IMG/VR virus record: IMGVR_UViG_3300041809_003414
Location: 1-53,276 of that record
Length of the DNA: 53,276 bases
Source of the DNA: a virus
Lineage: Duplodnaviria; Caudoviricetes
Direction: 5' to 3' (one strand)
The position numbers and the translations under genes were made by a program. The notes beneath the pieces were generated by a model. It was given only the letters and a program-made list of their open reading frames with translations. It was not told the origin of the DNA and made no database searches. Positions 1 to 9,408 of this stretch are shown one piece after another. Numbering within the stretch: the stretch's first letter is position 1; every line of letters starts with the position of its first letter.

Positions 1-430
1 GACGGATGGCTATCCGTGGTCGCGAAGATCGAATGGAAGAGGCGTCTGAATTTCCCCTCAAGAACCCATGGCGGGGCGCCCGCCGTTGGGAAATCATGCA
101 CTGTGTTAATTTGCCTATGTTTCAAAAGATCGGTATAACCTATGCTCTATACACTTGGCCATAGTTTGCGCGAAGCCGAGACTCGGAAGGCGAAGGACTG
201 TCTCCTCTCAGTTGCGCATCCGAGCGGTTGGAGTTGCTTTATGCCCCCTCATGGCTGGTTTTGCGTTGAGCCGATCATACTTCTGGCGAGTACGCCCAAG
301 GCGAACGGAATCAGATCTTCCCCTTTGGGCACCTTCAAAGTCCACAATCCTGCGCCAAGCGCGATCAGGAGGAGGCTGACCACAACGTGGCCGGCCTCCC
401 TTTCAAGGAATTCGGCGATTCGTTGCACGA

Positions 431-1021
431 TTACTTAAACCGGTAGTTCAGAGAGAATGCGATTTGCGGTTGAACACCCTGCGAACTGACAGCGGCGATC
501 CGCACCTCGCCCAGCACGCTCACTCCCTTGCCCTTGATGGTCTTCAGGAATGGAAGCAGTCCTGGATCGACTTTGACGGCAAACCCGCCGCCCACTCCTC
601 CGAGGTTGATACTGGTTGGGATTACCGAATTGGCCGCTGTGATGGTCGTCAGGCTTCCACCCGCAATCGCGATGAGCATCGCGCTGCCGTCGGCAGACGT
701 TTTCATTTTGTAGCCGAGATCCTGCCTTACCGTTGCGGACGTGGCGCCGAATTCCATCGTGGTGATCTCGCAGAACGAGGTCCAGCAGCCTCCCACGTGA
801 ACAAACGGCTCGTAAGCCGGCGTGCCGTAGGTTTTGCTGTAAGGATTGAATTCCACACCGGAGCCGATGAACCAGCTCGAAGGGGCTGCCGCGGTCGCTG
901 CAACGTTGGTCGCGGTGCTTCCGGTGGTCGGCGTCGACGCGCCAGCGGTGGTGCCCGTGGTCTGCCCAAATGCGGCCAACGCGCACACGAGGGCGATCAG
1001 GATGATACTAATGCGTTTCAT
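431..1021 (-). CDS. Secreted protein, possible small outer-membrane beta-barrel, last gene of lysis region
   Basis: Signal peptide MKRISIILIALVCALAAFG, T/A-rich linker, alternating beta-strand pattern, C-terminal IAFSLNYRFK resembling a beta-signal. Confidence 0.6.
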   Translation of the reverse strand: MKRISIILIALVCALAAFGQTTGTTAGASTPTTGSTATNVAATAAAPSSWFIGSGVEFNPYSKTYGTPAYEPFVHVGGCWTSFCEITTMEFGATSATVRQDLGYKMKTSADGSAMLIAIAGGSLTTITAANSVIPTSINLGGVGGGFAVKVDPGLLPFLKTIKGKGVSVLGEVRIAAVSSQGVQPQIAFSLNYRFK

Positions 1022-1095
1022 TTGGTTATTTCGCTTTCTGCCCGGGAGAACCCGCCGGGCGTGGGCTTGTGTTTGGAAAAGCTGTGGATGAAGAG

Positions 1096-1824
1096 CTACT
1101 TCCCAGTCAGTGCGAGAGTGGTCATGATAGTGGCGCCGGTCTGCACGACCGGCGGCGCGACCGCCAACACCACGCGGGCCCAGGCGGGCAGCGGCTTGGT
1201 GGCTTTGGCGAAGTTCGCCATCACCTGGGCTGTGTTTCTTGATGCCTCGGTGCTGGCTTCCGTCGTGGCCTTGATGTTCGCCACTATTTCCGGCGTGGCC
1301 CGCTGGATATCGCGCATCGTCTCTGCCGTCTGCCCGAGCGTCACCTTGGCGGCAGCGGTCAACCCGAGCAGTTGTGCCGGCAGCGCGTCGCGCCGAAAGA
1401 GAATCGACGAGGCATCTTTGGCCTGCGCCGTGATGGCGGCGGCATTTTCCAGAGTCGGTTTCAGGTCGTCATGAAGAGCATTCACAGTCGCGAGGGCGGT
1501 GTCCACCCGCCCGAGCGTATCGCTGACCCGTCCGTCGGCCGCTACTCTGATCTCGGTGACTTCACCCATTACATCACCACGCAGGGCCGCCACCTGGCGC
1601 TCCGTACGGCTGAGCAAGTCCTCTCGTGCCGACTGAACTTGCCCAGTGAGATCGTTGCGCGTTGCTTGGATCTCGGACACGAGTGCGGCCCGGGTCGCCT
1701 GGATCTCGCCCGGCAACGCGGCCACCACTGCCGTGGTCGTGCGCACCAACAGGAGTGTGGATACCCCTATGGCAGAGAGAACCGCCAACAACACACACGT
1801 AAGAGTGGTCTTAAGCGTTTGCAC
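1096..1824 (-). CDS. Membrane-anchored long amphipathic-helical protein (possible spanin-like lysis accessory)
   Basis: GTG start at 1824 with GGAG upstream, overlapping the endolysin end; N-terminal TM (CVLLAVLSAIGVSTLLLV), long helical region, hydrophobic C-terminus. Confidence 0.6.
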   Translation of the reverse strand: MQTLKTTLTCVLLAVLSAIGVSTLLLVRTTTAVVAALPGEIQATRAALVSEIQATRNDLTGQVQSAREDLLSRTERQVAALRGDVMGEVTEIRVAADGRVSDTLGRVDTALATVNALHDDLKPTLENAAAITAQAKDASSILFRRDALPAQLLGLTAAAKVTLGQTAETMRDIQRATPEIVANIKATTEASTEASRNTAQVMANFAKATKPLPAWARVVLAVAPPVVQTGATIMTTLALTGK

Positions 1825-2314
1825 TGGGCGCTCCGTTCTGGCGGGCGGCGGCAATGGCATGCGTCACATTCGACTGGCCGGCGATGACCGTCACCATCGC
1901 GGTGTATTTCGGATCGGTTGCATAGGTGGTGGCGACCGCAGCAATCAGGGTGTGAAGATTGTGGTCGGCCTGATATCTCTGCCATGCGGCACGGTACGGC
2001 GCGCCCTGCGTGATCAGCCAGGCGTAATCGCGGCAAGCGTCCTCAAGCGAGGGGTAATCGGCGAACTCCAAGTCCTCAATCACCGACTTGCCGTTGACAA
2101 CCTCGCGCGTCTCCTCCGTGCAACACCCTTTGTCGCGGTTGTTCTTTTTCACGCCGAAGTAATTGGCGTGGCCGACGGGCTTGGCGCCCCACTGTGATTC
2201 AACGGCCCACTGCGCGATAAGCATCGGCGCAGGCAAGCCCGTTTGCGCTTCCAGCGCAACTGCGATCCGCGCGACTTCAGCAAGTCGGGCGTCACGATCA
2301 ATGTTCGGGGACAT
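1811..2314 (-). CDS. Endolysin, glucosaminidase (GH73/FlgJ-like)
   Basis: Motifs IAQWAVESQWG, NYFGVK, FADYPSLED, YATDPKY; AAGGAG SD; position after tail genes. Confidence 0.9.
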   Translation of the reverse strand: MSPNIDRDARLAEVARIAVALEAQTGLPAPMLIAQWAVESQWGAKPVGHANYFGVKKNNRDKGCCTEETREVVNGKSVIEDLEFADYPSLEDACRDYAWLITQGAPYRAAWQRYQADHNLHTLIAAVATTYATDPKYTAMVTVIAGQSNVTHAIAAARQNGAPSANA

Positions 2315-2578
2315 GTGGTTCTCCTTGGACTGTTTGGCCGACCGATTCCAGAGTGTTGCTGCCGCTCTCTCGGAGTTGTCGGCCAGTCGATCGAGCGTGT
2401 TAAGAGTGTGGTTTATGCAGCCGTAGCGACCAATCGCGAGGTGTGGGCGAGCGCGCCCGAGATGGGCTTCGATCGCCGGCTCTTAGCTGAGACAAGCGTT
2501 TTGCCCCATTGGCTCCGGCACCCTGGATCAGTCCGGAAAGGTAGCAACGGGGCTGTCCTCCGTCGCGTCTGGCCGGAG

Positions 2579-5500
2579 TTACACCGCCAGCAACGTTGGC
2601 GTTCCGGCAAGAACGCCTCTCCCGCGAACGAGGGCGCCGATTTGCCCCGGTCCGTAATTCGCGGTGCCCCTTGCGTTGGACGCCATGGTCGGATTGCACT
2701 CGCCGACCGCGTGAAACAAGCCGCCCGCCATGCCGAGCGCTTCAGACTCACCGCCGACCGTTTCAGCATCGTAAAGCGCGATGCTCAAGTATTCGGCGGT
2801 GCTCTCACCCTTGCAGTCTCCGGACGCGACCTTAGGAGAATATACCTGTGCAGCTGCGAGGCTCGCCCCACGGAGGGTGGCGATCAAGTGCAGGAGCGCA
2901 TAGGTGGCGACTGCCACAGCCGATCCGGGCGTATTGGGCATGGTTTTTCCATCGGCGCTGAAGATGCACTGCGTATCGCAGTCCATTTCCGGCGATGCGC
3001 CGTCGGCCTCGCCAGTCGGAGCGGTCCAGAGCGATGTGTCTGATCTAATGCTGCCGTCGCCCTCGGTCGAGCCGGTGGCCACCTTCAGACGCGCGCCCTC
3101 GATGCCGGTGACAGAGGAGGCGCCGGAGGCCGCCCCGGTGTCCGTGAATTCCTGCCCAGCGAGCCCCGCGAGCAGACTCGCGCCCTTGAGCAGGGCCGCG
3201 ACCAGGAACGAGATACTGATTCTCGCCGCCGCATAGCCATGGCCGGTCGCGGCGGCGTACACCCAGGCCGCGACGAAAGCTGAGGCGGTCGAGGAGCCCA
3301 GGAGCGAGCCGGTGGCGTAGACGAGGAGTGCGCCGCTCCCGGTGCTGGTCTTGAGGAAGGCCTCCAGGATCGTGATCACGTCGAGGAAGCTTTCACGATA
3401 GGTGTGGACCGCGCTCAGTGCGTGCAGCAGCGTGATCACATCCGCGAGAGAGGCGAACTGCTCATGCGACGCGCCGAATATTTCGCTGAGAGTGATCGAG
3501 TCCGTCCAGGCCTGCTGCTGCTGATAACTCAAGCTCGAAATGTCGCTAACCGAAAGCGAATCAAGGACTGCCTGCCAGTGGGTTAGGAGTGTGCCGGTCG
3601 AGTCCAGCACCGGCAGGGTATCGATAAGTGCCACCGGTTCGTGCCCGCGACTGGTCGAAAGGGTCTCCGCAAGCAAGACGACATCTGATACCGCGCCGCG
3701 CGCAAGTGCCTTCTGACTCGCATCCGACAGCGTGAAGGTGTCCGAATAAATGCCGGGCACGTAGGTGTGCGAAGTGGTGAAAGATTCGATCAGAGAGAAC
3801 AGATCCTTCGGCAGCTTACCGGGATTCTTGAAGAACACCTCGGCGAAGGTGCTGGTGAATGAATCAGTCAAAGTGCCGGCACCGCGCATACGATGCTCAA
3901 CAAATACGTCGGCAAAAACGGAATGGATCCCGGCCTCAGTCGCCAGCACGCGCGCGGTCTGCTTCGACACCTGTTCTGCCACCGTAAACTGATCCGAGAG
4001 GGTCATCGGAACGCTGAACGGAGTGATTGTGGGCATGACGTAGCAAACCATGGCCGTATAGGTCGCTGTAGGAGAGAAATTGGTGGTGTCCACATGAACA
4101 CCGGGGTTACCGACATTGACGTTGTAATCGAAGATGCCGCCAGACTCTGTGCTTCGAGCGTTAAATGAGGCGTGTCCTCCGTTACCGAACGGAAGCGTTG
4201 CTGTAGTCAACGACGACGCCGTGGAAACGCAGAACAGTTCCAATTCGTTCGAATTCGTCGGCGCTGACGCGGTGACGAACCCGGTCCCTACGGCGGACGA
4301 ATTATAATTCGTGGAGCTTACCGAATCGAACGGGTTTCCAGCAGCGGCGCCGGAAACAATAAAGTACCCAATGAGGTAATTGATGGCGCTTGAGAACGTG
4401 AAAGAAACGCTGGTTCCTGTGGTGCCGGTTGCTTGCCCTGCGTAAAAGAAGACCTGATATCCTCCGCTCGGAAAATAACTCGGACCTGCGTAAAACGTCA
4501 CGTTGGTGCAGCTTATGGAGGCAAAAGAGTGGGCTGAATTAGTGGCCACCATAATGATAAGAGTCTGGCCGGCAGACATCGCGGGAATCGTAAATCCAGC
4601 ACCGCTAGCAGAACCATCGCTGATCGTAAGCGTGGTCAGAACCGTGATCGTCCCCACGGCGGGCGCGTTCAGTGAACTCGTGTACGACTCCACCATGGCA
4701 AAGGCGTCGAGAACCGTGGAGCGGCTGGTCGCCTTCGAAATGCGCTCAGTCAGGCTGTAGGGATCTAAAAATGTCTTGGCGTTGATCGTCTGTGTTGCCA
4801 GGAACGATTCCGTAACGGTGAACGGATCTTTCGGATTCTTGCCGAACGCCCGCAAGATGCCCGAATCCGCCAAAGTGAACGTGTCTGCCACGTTTACCGG
4901 GGGTTGCCCACGATGCTGAACAAAGTTTTCCGTGATGGTCAACTGGTCGGAGTTGGTTCGCGATGTGCCCTTTCCAATGGTCTCTACCAACGAGAACGGG
5001 TCTGAAAGGCTTTTCGTCCAGAGGTTCCCTCCCAAATTGCCTTTGATGATGAAGATGATTCCGAAATAGGCTTGGCCTGAAAGAGCGCCATTGATGTCCT
5101 CAATCCTCGCGCTTAAGCCGGTCTCGTTGGTGTTGACGGGGCACGCGCACCATCCCATATTGGTTTGGGCTGGCGACCACGCGGTGAAGGTCTGCGAATA
5201 GTAAGTACCGAAACCGGTAGCGCTCAAATTACTGGACATGATGGCCGAGGTGTTCCACCAGAAGCATCCCACCAGCGCATCGCCGGCGTTGACGTTGATT
5301 CCGGTGACGACCGTCTGATTGGTGTTTTGGGGAAACGTGCCGGGAAGGTTTCCGCTCCCGGTGTATTGCGCCCGCAGCATGACGGGCTGGTTTGGAATTC
5401 CTTGCCATCTCTGCACATAGCCCGTCAGGTAACACGAGACGTTGTTGGTACACGTCAGGGTAGTGCCCGGAGTGCCGGTGGCAAATCCGATCCACAATTC

Positions 5501-5722
5501 CACCTCAGCGTTATCGGCCGAGAAAACGAAATCCGACACATATGCCCACGTTACGTTCGTTTGGGAGAGCGCTGTAAAATCGCTGCTCGTCGACCAACCG
5601 GTGAGAATGGCGATGAAGACGTCCGAGCTGGTGAGAGTTCCCGCAAGCGAAATCGAAAGGGTGGTCGAGCTTGATGCGTTGGATTGGTCCCCAATATTGC
5701 CGCTTTCGTAAACGACGGCCAT
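2579..5722 (-). CDS. Long tail fibre / receptor-binding protein with repeats
   Basis: 1047 aa, S/T/G/A-rich; about 19-20 aa repeats (LSDPFSLVE, VADTFTLAD, YSDTFTLSD) and two related beta-rich globular domains. Confidence 0.7.
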   Translation of the reverse strand: MAVVYESGNIGDQSNASSSTTLSISLAGTLTSSDVFIAILTGWSTSSDFTALSQTNVTWAYVSDFVFSADNAEVELWIGFATGTPGTTLTCTNNVSCYLTGYVQRWQGIPNQPVMLRAQYTGSGNLPGTFPQNTNQTVVTGINVNAGDALVGCFWWNTSAIMSSNLSATGFGTYYSQTFTAWSPAQTNMGWCACPVNTNETGLSARIEDINGALSGQAYFGIIFIIKGNLGGNLWTKSLSDPFSLVETIGKGTSRTNSDQLTITENFVQHRGQPPVNVADTFTLADSGILRAFGKNPKDPFTVTESFLATQTINAKTFLDPYSLTERISKATSRSTVLDAFAMVESYTSSLNAPAVGTITVLTTLTISDGSASGAGFTIPAMSAGQTLIIMVATNSAHSFASISCTNVTFYAGPSYFPSGGYQVFFYAGQATGTTGTSVSFTFSSAINYLIGYFIVSGAAAGNPFDSVSSTNYNSSAVGTGFVTASAPTNSNELELFCVSTASSLTTATLPFGNGGHASFNARSTESGGIFDYNVNVGNPGVHVDTTNFSPTATYTAMVCYVMPTITPFSVPMTLSDQFTVAEQVSKQTARVLATEAGIHSVFADVFVEHRMRGAGTLTDSFTSTFAEVFFKNPGKLPKDLFSLIESFTTSHTYVPGIYSDTFTLSDASQKALARGAVSDVVLLAETLSTSRGHEPVALIDTLPVLDSTGTLLTHWQAVLDSLSVSDISSLSYQQQQAWTDSITLSEIFGASHEQFASLADVITLLHALSAVHTYRESFLDVITILEAFLKTSTGSGALLVYATGSLLGSSTASAFVAAWVYAAATGHGYAAARISISFLVAALLKGASLLAGLAGQEFTDTGAASGASSVTGIEGARLKVATGSTEGDGSIRSDTSLWTAPTGEADGASPEMDCDTQCIFSADGKTMPNTPGSAVAVATYALLHLIATLRGASLAAAQVYSPKVASGDCKGESTAEYLSIALYDAETVGGESEALGMAGGLFHAVGECNPTMASNARGTANYGPGQIGALVRGRGVLAGTPTLLAV

Positions 5723-5732
5723 TCAACGACTC

Positions 5733-6293
5733 CTATGTCTGGTATTTGTGAGTGACGGTGAGCTGGTCGGTCGAAACCACGTTGACGGCGGAGAACGACT
5801 GATAGGCCATCATATTGCCGCCCGAGGTCGCCGAGTCGATGATGCACTCTTCGGTGACGGCGAACGAACCAGTGAACGTCCACGTCTTCACAAGCTGCGC
5901 CGTATCGTTGGCCACCGTGGTGGTCACCTGCGTCGCAGTCGCGGCCCCGCGCGCCCCACCGTTGGTCGTGATCTCAGCCGCAAGTGCGGTCGCGGTCGCG
6001 GGAGTACCCTGGATACCGGTGCCGATAGCGAGGTTCACCATGGCGTTATAGCTGCCCTGGTTGCTGATACGCCCGTTGCCAGCAGCGTGACCGACGTTGG
6101 TGATCGTGTTGGCGCGTACCAGTCGGTCCGTCCAGCTTCCCAGAAGGAAACATCCCTGGAGGTCTGCTCCAAAGTGGCGCCGAATATAGCGACCGAGCGT
6201 GTTCTCGGCCCACAGCCTCTTGCGGCGGCCATTCGCCTCGAGCACGGCGACCTCGGTCCAGCCGTACAGCCGCATCTTAGTTTTTAGCGTCAT
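5733..6293 (-). CDS. Tail fibre-associated structural protein
   Basis: ATG 6293 with GAGGAGG; NTITNVG...LAIGTG...TALAAE pattern typical of fibre attachment proteins. Confidence 0.6.
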   Translation of the reverse strand: MTLKTKMRLYGWTEVAVLEANGRRKRLWAENTLGRYIRRHFGADLQGCFLLGSWTDRLVRANTITNVGHAAGNGRISNQGSYNAMVNLAIGTGIQGTPATATALAAEITTNGGARGAATATQVTTTVANDTAQLVKTWTFTGSFAVTEECIIDSATSGGNMMAYQSFSAVNVVSTDQLTVTHKYQT

Positions 6294-6618
6294 GAATTGG
6301 CACCTCCTCATGGAATTCCAGCTTGTGGTGCTGGCGGATTTTTTCAATCGCAGCGTCTGCAGGCGCTTCTTCTGCAGCCTTCTGCGCCACTTCTTTAGCC
6401 CACCGCTCGGTCAGGTCGAGATCGTTCTGCATCACATCGGCCTGACGCTGGTAATACTCGGGATCTGCGTCTGCTGGCAGGTGGGCGTACTCCTGCGAAT
6501 GAACGACCGTACCGGCGTCGTCCAGGAAGTCAACTTCCGCCGCGACGTGCAGCGCGAGCTCGCCTGAAAGCGGATGCGGTAGTCTCTTCTTAGTAAGCGC
6601 GCGAATGACAGCTTTCAT
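6277..6618 (-). CDS. Hypothetical protein (possible fibre assembly chaperone)
   Basis: ATG 6618 just after the upstream stop; charged helical 113 aa within the fibre cluster. Confidence 0.6.
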   Translation of the reverse strand: MKAVIRALTKKRLPHPLSGELALHVAAEVDFLDDAGTVVHSQEYAHLPADADPEYYQRQADVMQNDLDLTERWAKEVAQKAAEEAPADAAIEKIRQHHKLEFHEEVPIHDAKN

Positions 6619-6620
6619 AG

Positions 6621-7004
6621 TTAGGTCTCCGTGACCGTCAAGCCACCGGCGGCGAATGTGAGCTGGTCGCCGGTGTTGATGGTCTTCGATGCCGTGAGGT
6701 TGCCGTACCACAACATGTTGCCCAGCTGATCGAACAGCGCGAACGCCACGATGGTTCCCCAAGGAGCGGCAGCCTGCGGAAAGGTCACGGAGGCGTTGTT
6801 GCTGACCGTCCCGTTGGCGGGTGAACTGAACGTGCCGGCGGTGCGTGCGTAGCCGCTTGATCCGTTACTGACTTCAACACCACCACCGCCGGGCCCGGGC
6901 GACGAGGTGTAGAGCGCGACCAGGATCTGGGTCGGTGACGTGTACGCGACGCCATTGAGGACCGCACTGAGAAACGCGTTGTCGAGATAGTAGCTTTTTG
7001 CCAT
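6621..7004 (-). CDS. Small phage tail fibre-family structural protein
   Basis: VALYTSSP...EVS...GYAR...FP.A...WGTIVAFALFD...GNMLWYG motif; GAGGAG SD. Confidence 0.75.
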   Translation of the reverse strand: MAKSYYLDNAFLSAVLNGVAYTSPTQILVALYTSSPGPGGGGVEVSNGSSGYARTAGTFSSPANGTVSNNASVTFPQAAAPWGTIVAFALFDQLGNMLWYGNLTASKTINTGDQLTFAAGGLTVTET

Positions 7005-7013
7005 GAATACTCC

Positions 7014-7682
7014 TCAGAAAGCCAAGGCATTCAGTCCGGCGACGGTGAAACCCGCTGTCGTTCCGCGCGTGGCGTCGATGACGTTGAAATACAGATAACT
7101 GCCCAACGTTTGATCCGGCATCGCGTTCAGGAACAGCGCGAGGCCCGCGTCGCGCGGGTTTGCATTTGGGCCGGACGGAAGAGGCAAACTGGGCATGCCC
7201 TCGATGTCAGTCGCCCACGCCATGTAGTTCATGAACGAGATCGCAGCCGGGTTGTCGATGGGATTAATCCCCACTTGCGGGCCCCAGTTGGCCGCAGCGC
7301 CCATCGCCGGGTTCGTCCAGTCGACCAGCAGAGCGCCAGCCCGGATTGTGGGCGAGTTGCCCGCCTGACCGGTCAGGAACCCGCTGCCGGGCAGCGCCCC
7401 CCAGTAGATCAAGTCGCCGGTCGAGGCGAGGAAGATCCCGAAGAAGAGCGCCGTCGCCCAGTTGCCGGTCGCGGTCCATGAGATCGCGCTGGTGTTCGAC
7501 GCGCACATATTGAGGACCGGAGAGAGAGTGATTGACTGACGCGCGTAGCCGGGCGCATTCACGCCGCTCAGCTCAACCCCGACGCCATTGCCCGCAGGAC
7601 TCTGGCTGAAGAGTCCGATCTCGAGCGAGCTTGCGAGCACGCTGAGGAGATTCCCGTTCTGGTAAAGGTACGCCTGGGGCAT
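7014..7682 (-). CDS. Tail structural protein, N-terminal half paralogous to 6621..7004
   Basis: IGLFSQSP...ELSG...GYARQ...W.ATGNW...FGIF...GDLIYWG matches the neighbour's motif order. Confidence 0.7.
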   Translation of the reverse strand: MPQAYLYQNGNLLSVLASSLEIGLFSQSPAGNGVGVELSGVNAPGYARQSITLSPVLNMCASNTSAISWTATGNWATALFFGIFLASTGDLIYWGALPGSGFLTGQAGNSPTIRAGALLVDWTNPAMGAAANWGPQVGINPIDNPAAISFMNYMAWATDIEGMPSLPLPSGPNANPRDAGLALFLNAMPDQTLGSYLYFNVIDATRGTTAGFTVAGLNALAF

Positions 7683-7684
7683 GG

Positions 7685-8566
7685 CTATGCGATCTTGATC
7701 AGCAAAGTGGGCGTGGTGTTCTCCGAGATGGCGAGCCACGTTCCGCTGTCATACGAGATCGTAGTGCCGCGGGGCAGCGCCTGATTCAAAACGAGCGCAT
7801 CCCACATGTAGCCGCACGCGCGCTGGTTGCCGGTCTGCCCGCCGGTGGAGCTGGTCTGGTAGGCCATCACCCGCGGCTCGTAGAACTCGACGGAGCCGTC
7901 GAACCAGGTCGCGGCAACCGGCGTGTAGCCTCCACTGCCGCTCGCGAACTGCACGATTCCCCAGAGGTTCCACGCGCTGGACCCGGTGTGGCCCGCTCCG
8001 TTTAAATAACTGAACGAGCCGCTCATTCCGGGCAGTCCGGAGGCCGAACCAAAAAGCCCGGTGCTGCCCAGGGTGTCGTTGCCGCCCGTCGAGCCGTAAG
8101 CGATCAGGAACGAGCTGATCAGGCCGGTGAGATTTGACGGCAAGTACGGCGCGCACCAGAAGTAGCTGCTCTGCGACGGACACGGGATCGTCGTGCGAAC
8201 GAGGTAGAAATAAAAGCCGGTGGCGATCAGCTGGTAGGTGAAGCCCGCACCGCACGCGATGCTCACCGGCGACTGGTTCTGGTAGCCGGAGGTGCCGACG
8301 TTCGTCGTGGAGAGCATGCTCGCGGCCATCAGGACAGCGGGGGCCGTGCCGGAAGTGGCGGTGCCATTGTAGAGCCATAGGTCGCCCTGCAGGCCCTGCG
8401 GAGTGGCCGCGCTGCGCACCCGCCAAATGCCGTTCGACGAGCCGGACTGCACGAGCGACCAGCCAGCAGAGATCAGCGCGTTCACCAGCGCTTGGTTGAA
8501 GTTCGTTTGCGTGCTGCCATCGAGGGTCGTGTTCAGAATCGTCTGGCCGGAATAGATAACGCTCAT
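7685..8566 (-). CDS. Putative tail structural protein
   Basis: 293 aa, G/S/T/aromatic-rich, coupled to neighbours in the tail cluster. Confidence 0.65.
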   Translation of the reverse strand: MSVIYSGQTILNTTLDGSTQTNFNQALVNALISAGWSLVQSGSSNGIWRVRSAATPQGLQGDLWLYNGTATSGTAPAVLMAASMLSTTNVGTSGYQNQSPVSIACGAGFTYQLIATGFYFYLVRTTIPCPSQSSYFWCAPYLPSNLTGLISSFLIAYGSTGGNDTLGSTGLFGSASGLPGMSGSFSYLNGAGHTGSSAWNLWGIVQFASGSGGYTPVAATWFDGSVEFYEPRVMAYQTSSTGGQTGNQRACGYMWDALVLNQALPRGTTISYDSGTWLAISENTTPTLLIKIA

Positions 8567-9408
8567 TGGACCTCCATGTCGAGAACCACGCTGTAGCCGG
8601 TACCGGTGCTGGATGCTGACGGGCCGCTGAGAATGTAGGGCCGCAGCAGGTCACCCGGCTTAAATGAAAGGCCGGGCGCGAAAGTCTGGCTCGCCAGCGT
8701 GCCGTTGATCGTCGGCTCGATTACCGGCTGCCCACCCGCCGGGAAGATTGACGTCCAGGTTGCGACGCCGGGGCGCAGCACCTGGATGTCGAGCGTGACG
8801 TTCGCGAGAGGCGGCTGCTTGACCTGGACATAAATCGAGCTCGGCTGATTCTTGCGGACAACCAGATAATAACCGCCAAAATCGCGCCCTGGTGGCGGCG
8901 CTGAGATCAAGCCGAAGTTCATGGTGGCCCGGTCAAACGAGGGCGGCGTCACACTCGCCAGGGCCAGCACACACTGGAAGCCGTTCGCGAAGCCCGGTCC
9001 CACGCCGGTCGAGAGGATGTCGAGGCGCAGGAGGTTGGTCACCGCAAAGCCGCTGGTGGGCGCGAAGTCGTTCGATGTGGTCGGCCCGGAGGCGGTCATG
9101 CTGATGGGGTTATTCAAAATCGAGTTCCACGTGTTGCCGCCATCCTGGCTGAGCAGGATGTCGAATGTGAAAGAGCCCGCCGCCGGTGGCTGCGCCAGAA
9201 ACGCATATAAGGCCGATGGCGTCGCCGCCTGGGAGATGATGTGGCGCGTGCCCTTGTCGACGCCCGGCAGGATCGGATTGCCGAAGCCCGAGAAGAACGT
9301 GGCCTTGTTCCCGAGCGCGTCGCTCGCGGCGAGCGCGCCGCCCACACCGCCCAGCGAGGTCGCGCCGGGACCGTTGATCTGAATCCAGTCCGATGGTGTC
9401 GGCGTCAT
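8563..9408 (-). CDS. Putative tail protein with two tandem beta domains
   Basis: ATGA overlap with tail tip gene; repeated QPP...T.DI...TW.SI...LLR..ILS pattern. Confidence 0.7.
   Translation of the reverse strand: MTPTPSDWIQINGPGATSLGGVGGALAASDALGNKATFFSGFGNPILPGVDKGTRHIISQAATPSALYAFLAQPPAAGSFTFDILLSQDGGNTWNSILNNPISMTASGPTTSNDFAPTSGFAVTNLLRLDILSTGVGPGFANGFQCVLALASVTPPSFDRATMNFGLISAPPPGRDFGGYYLVVRKNQPSSIYVQVKQPPLANVTLDIQVLRPGVATWTSIFPAGGQPVIEPTINGTLASQTFAPGLSFKPGDLLRPYILSGPSASSTGTGYSVVLDMEVQ

Noticed and set aside
142-438. Plus-strand ORFs at the left edge
   Set aside because: No recognisable motif or SD; cannot be supported
2579-9408. Diversity-generating retroelement or invertible fibre cassette
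   Set aside because: No reverse transcriptase, no near-identical TR/VR pair and no invertase with flanking inverted sites were seen
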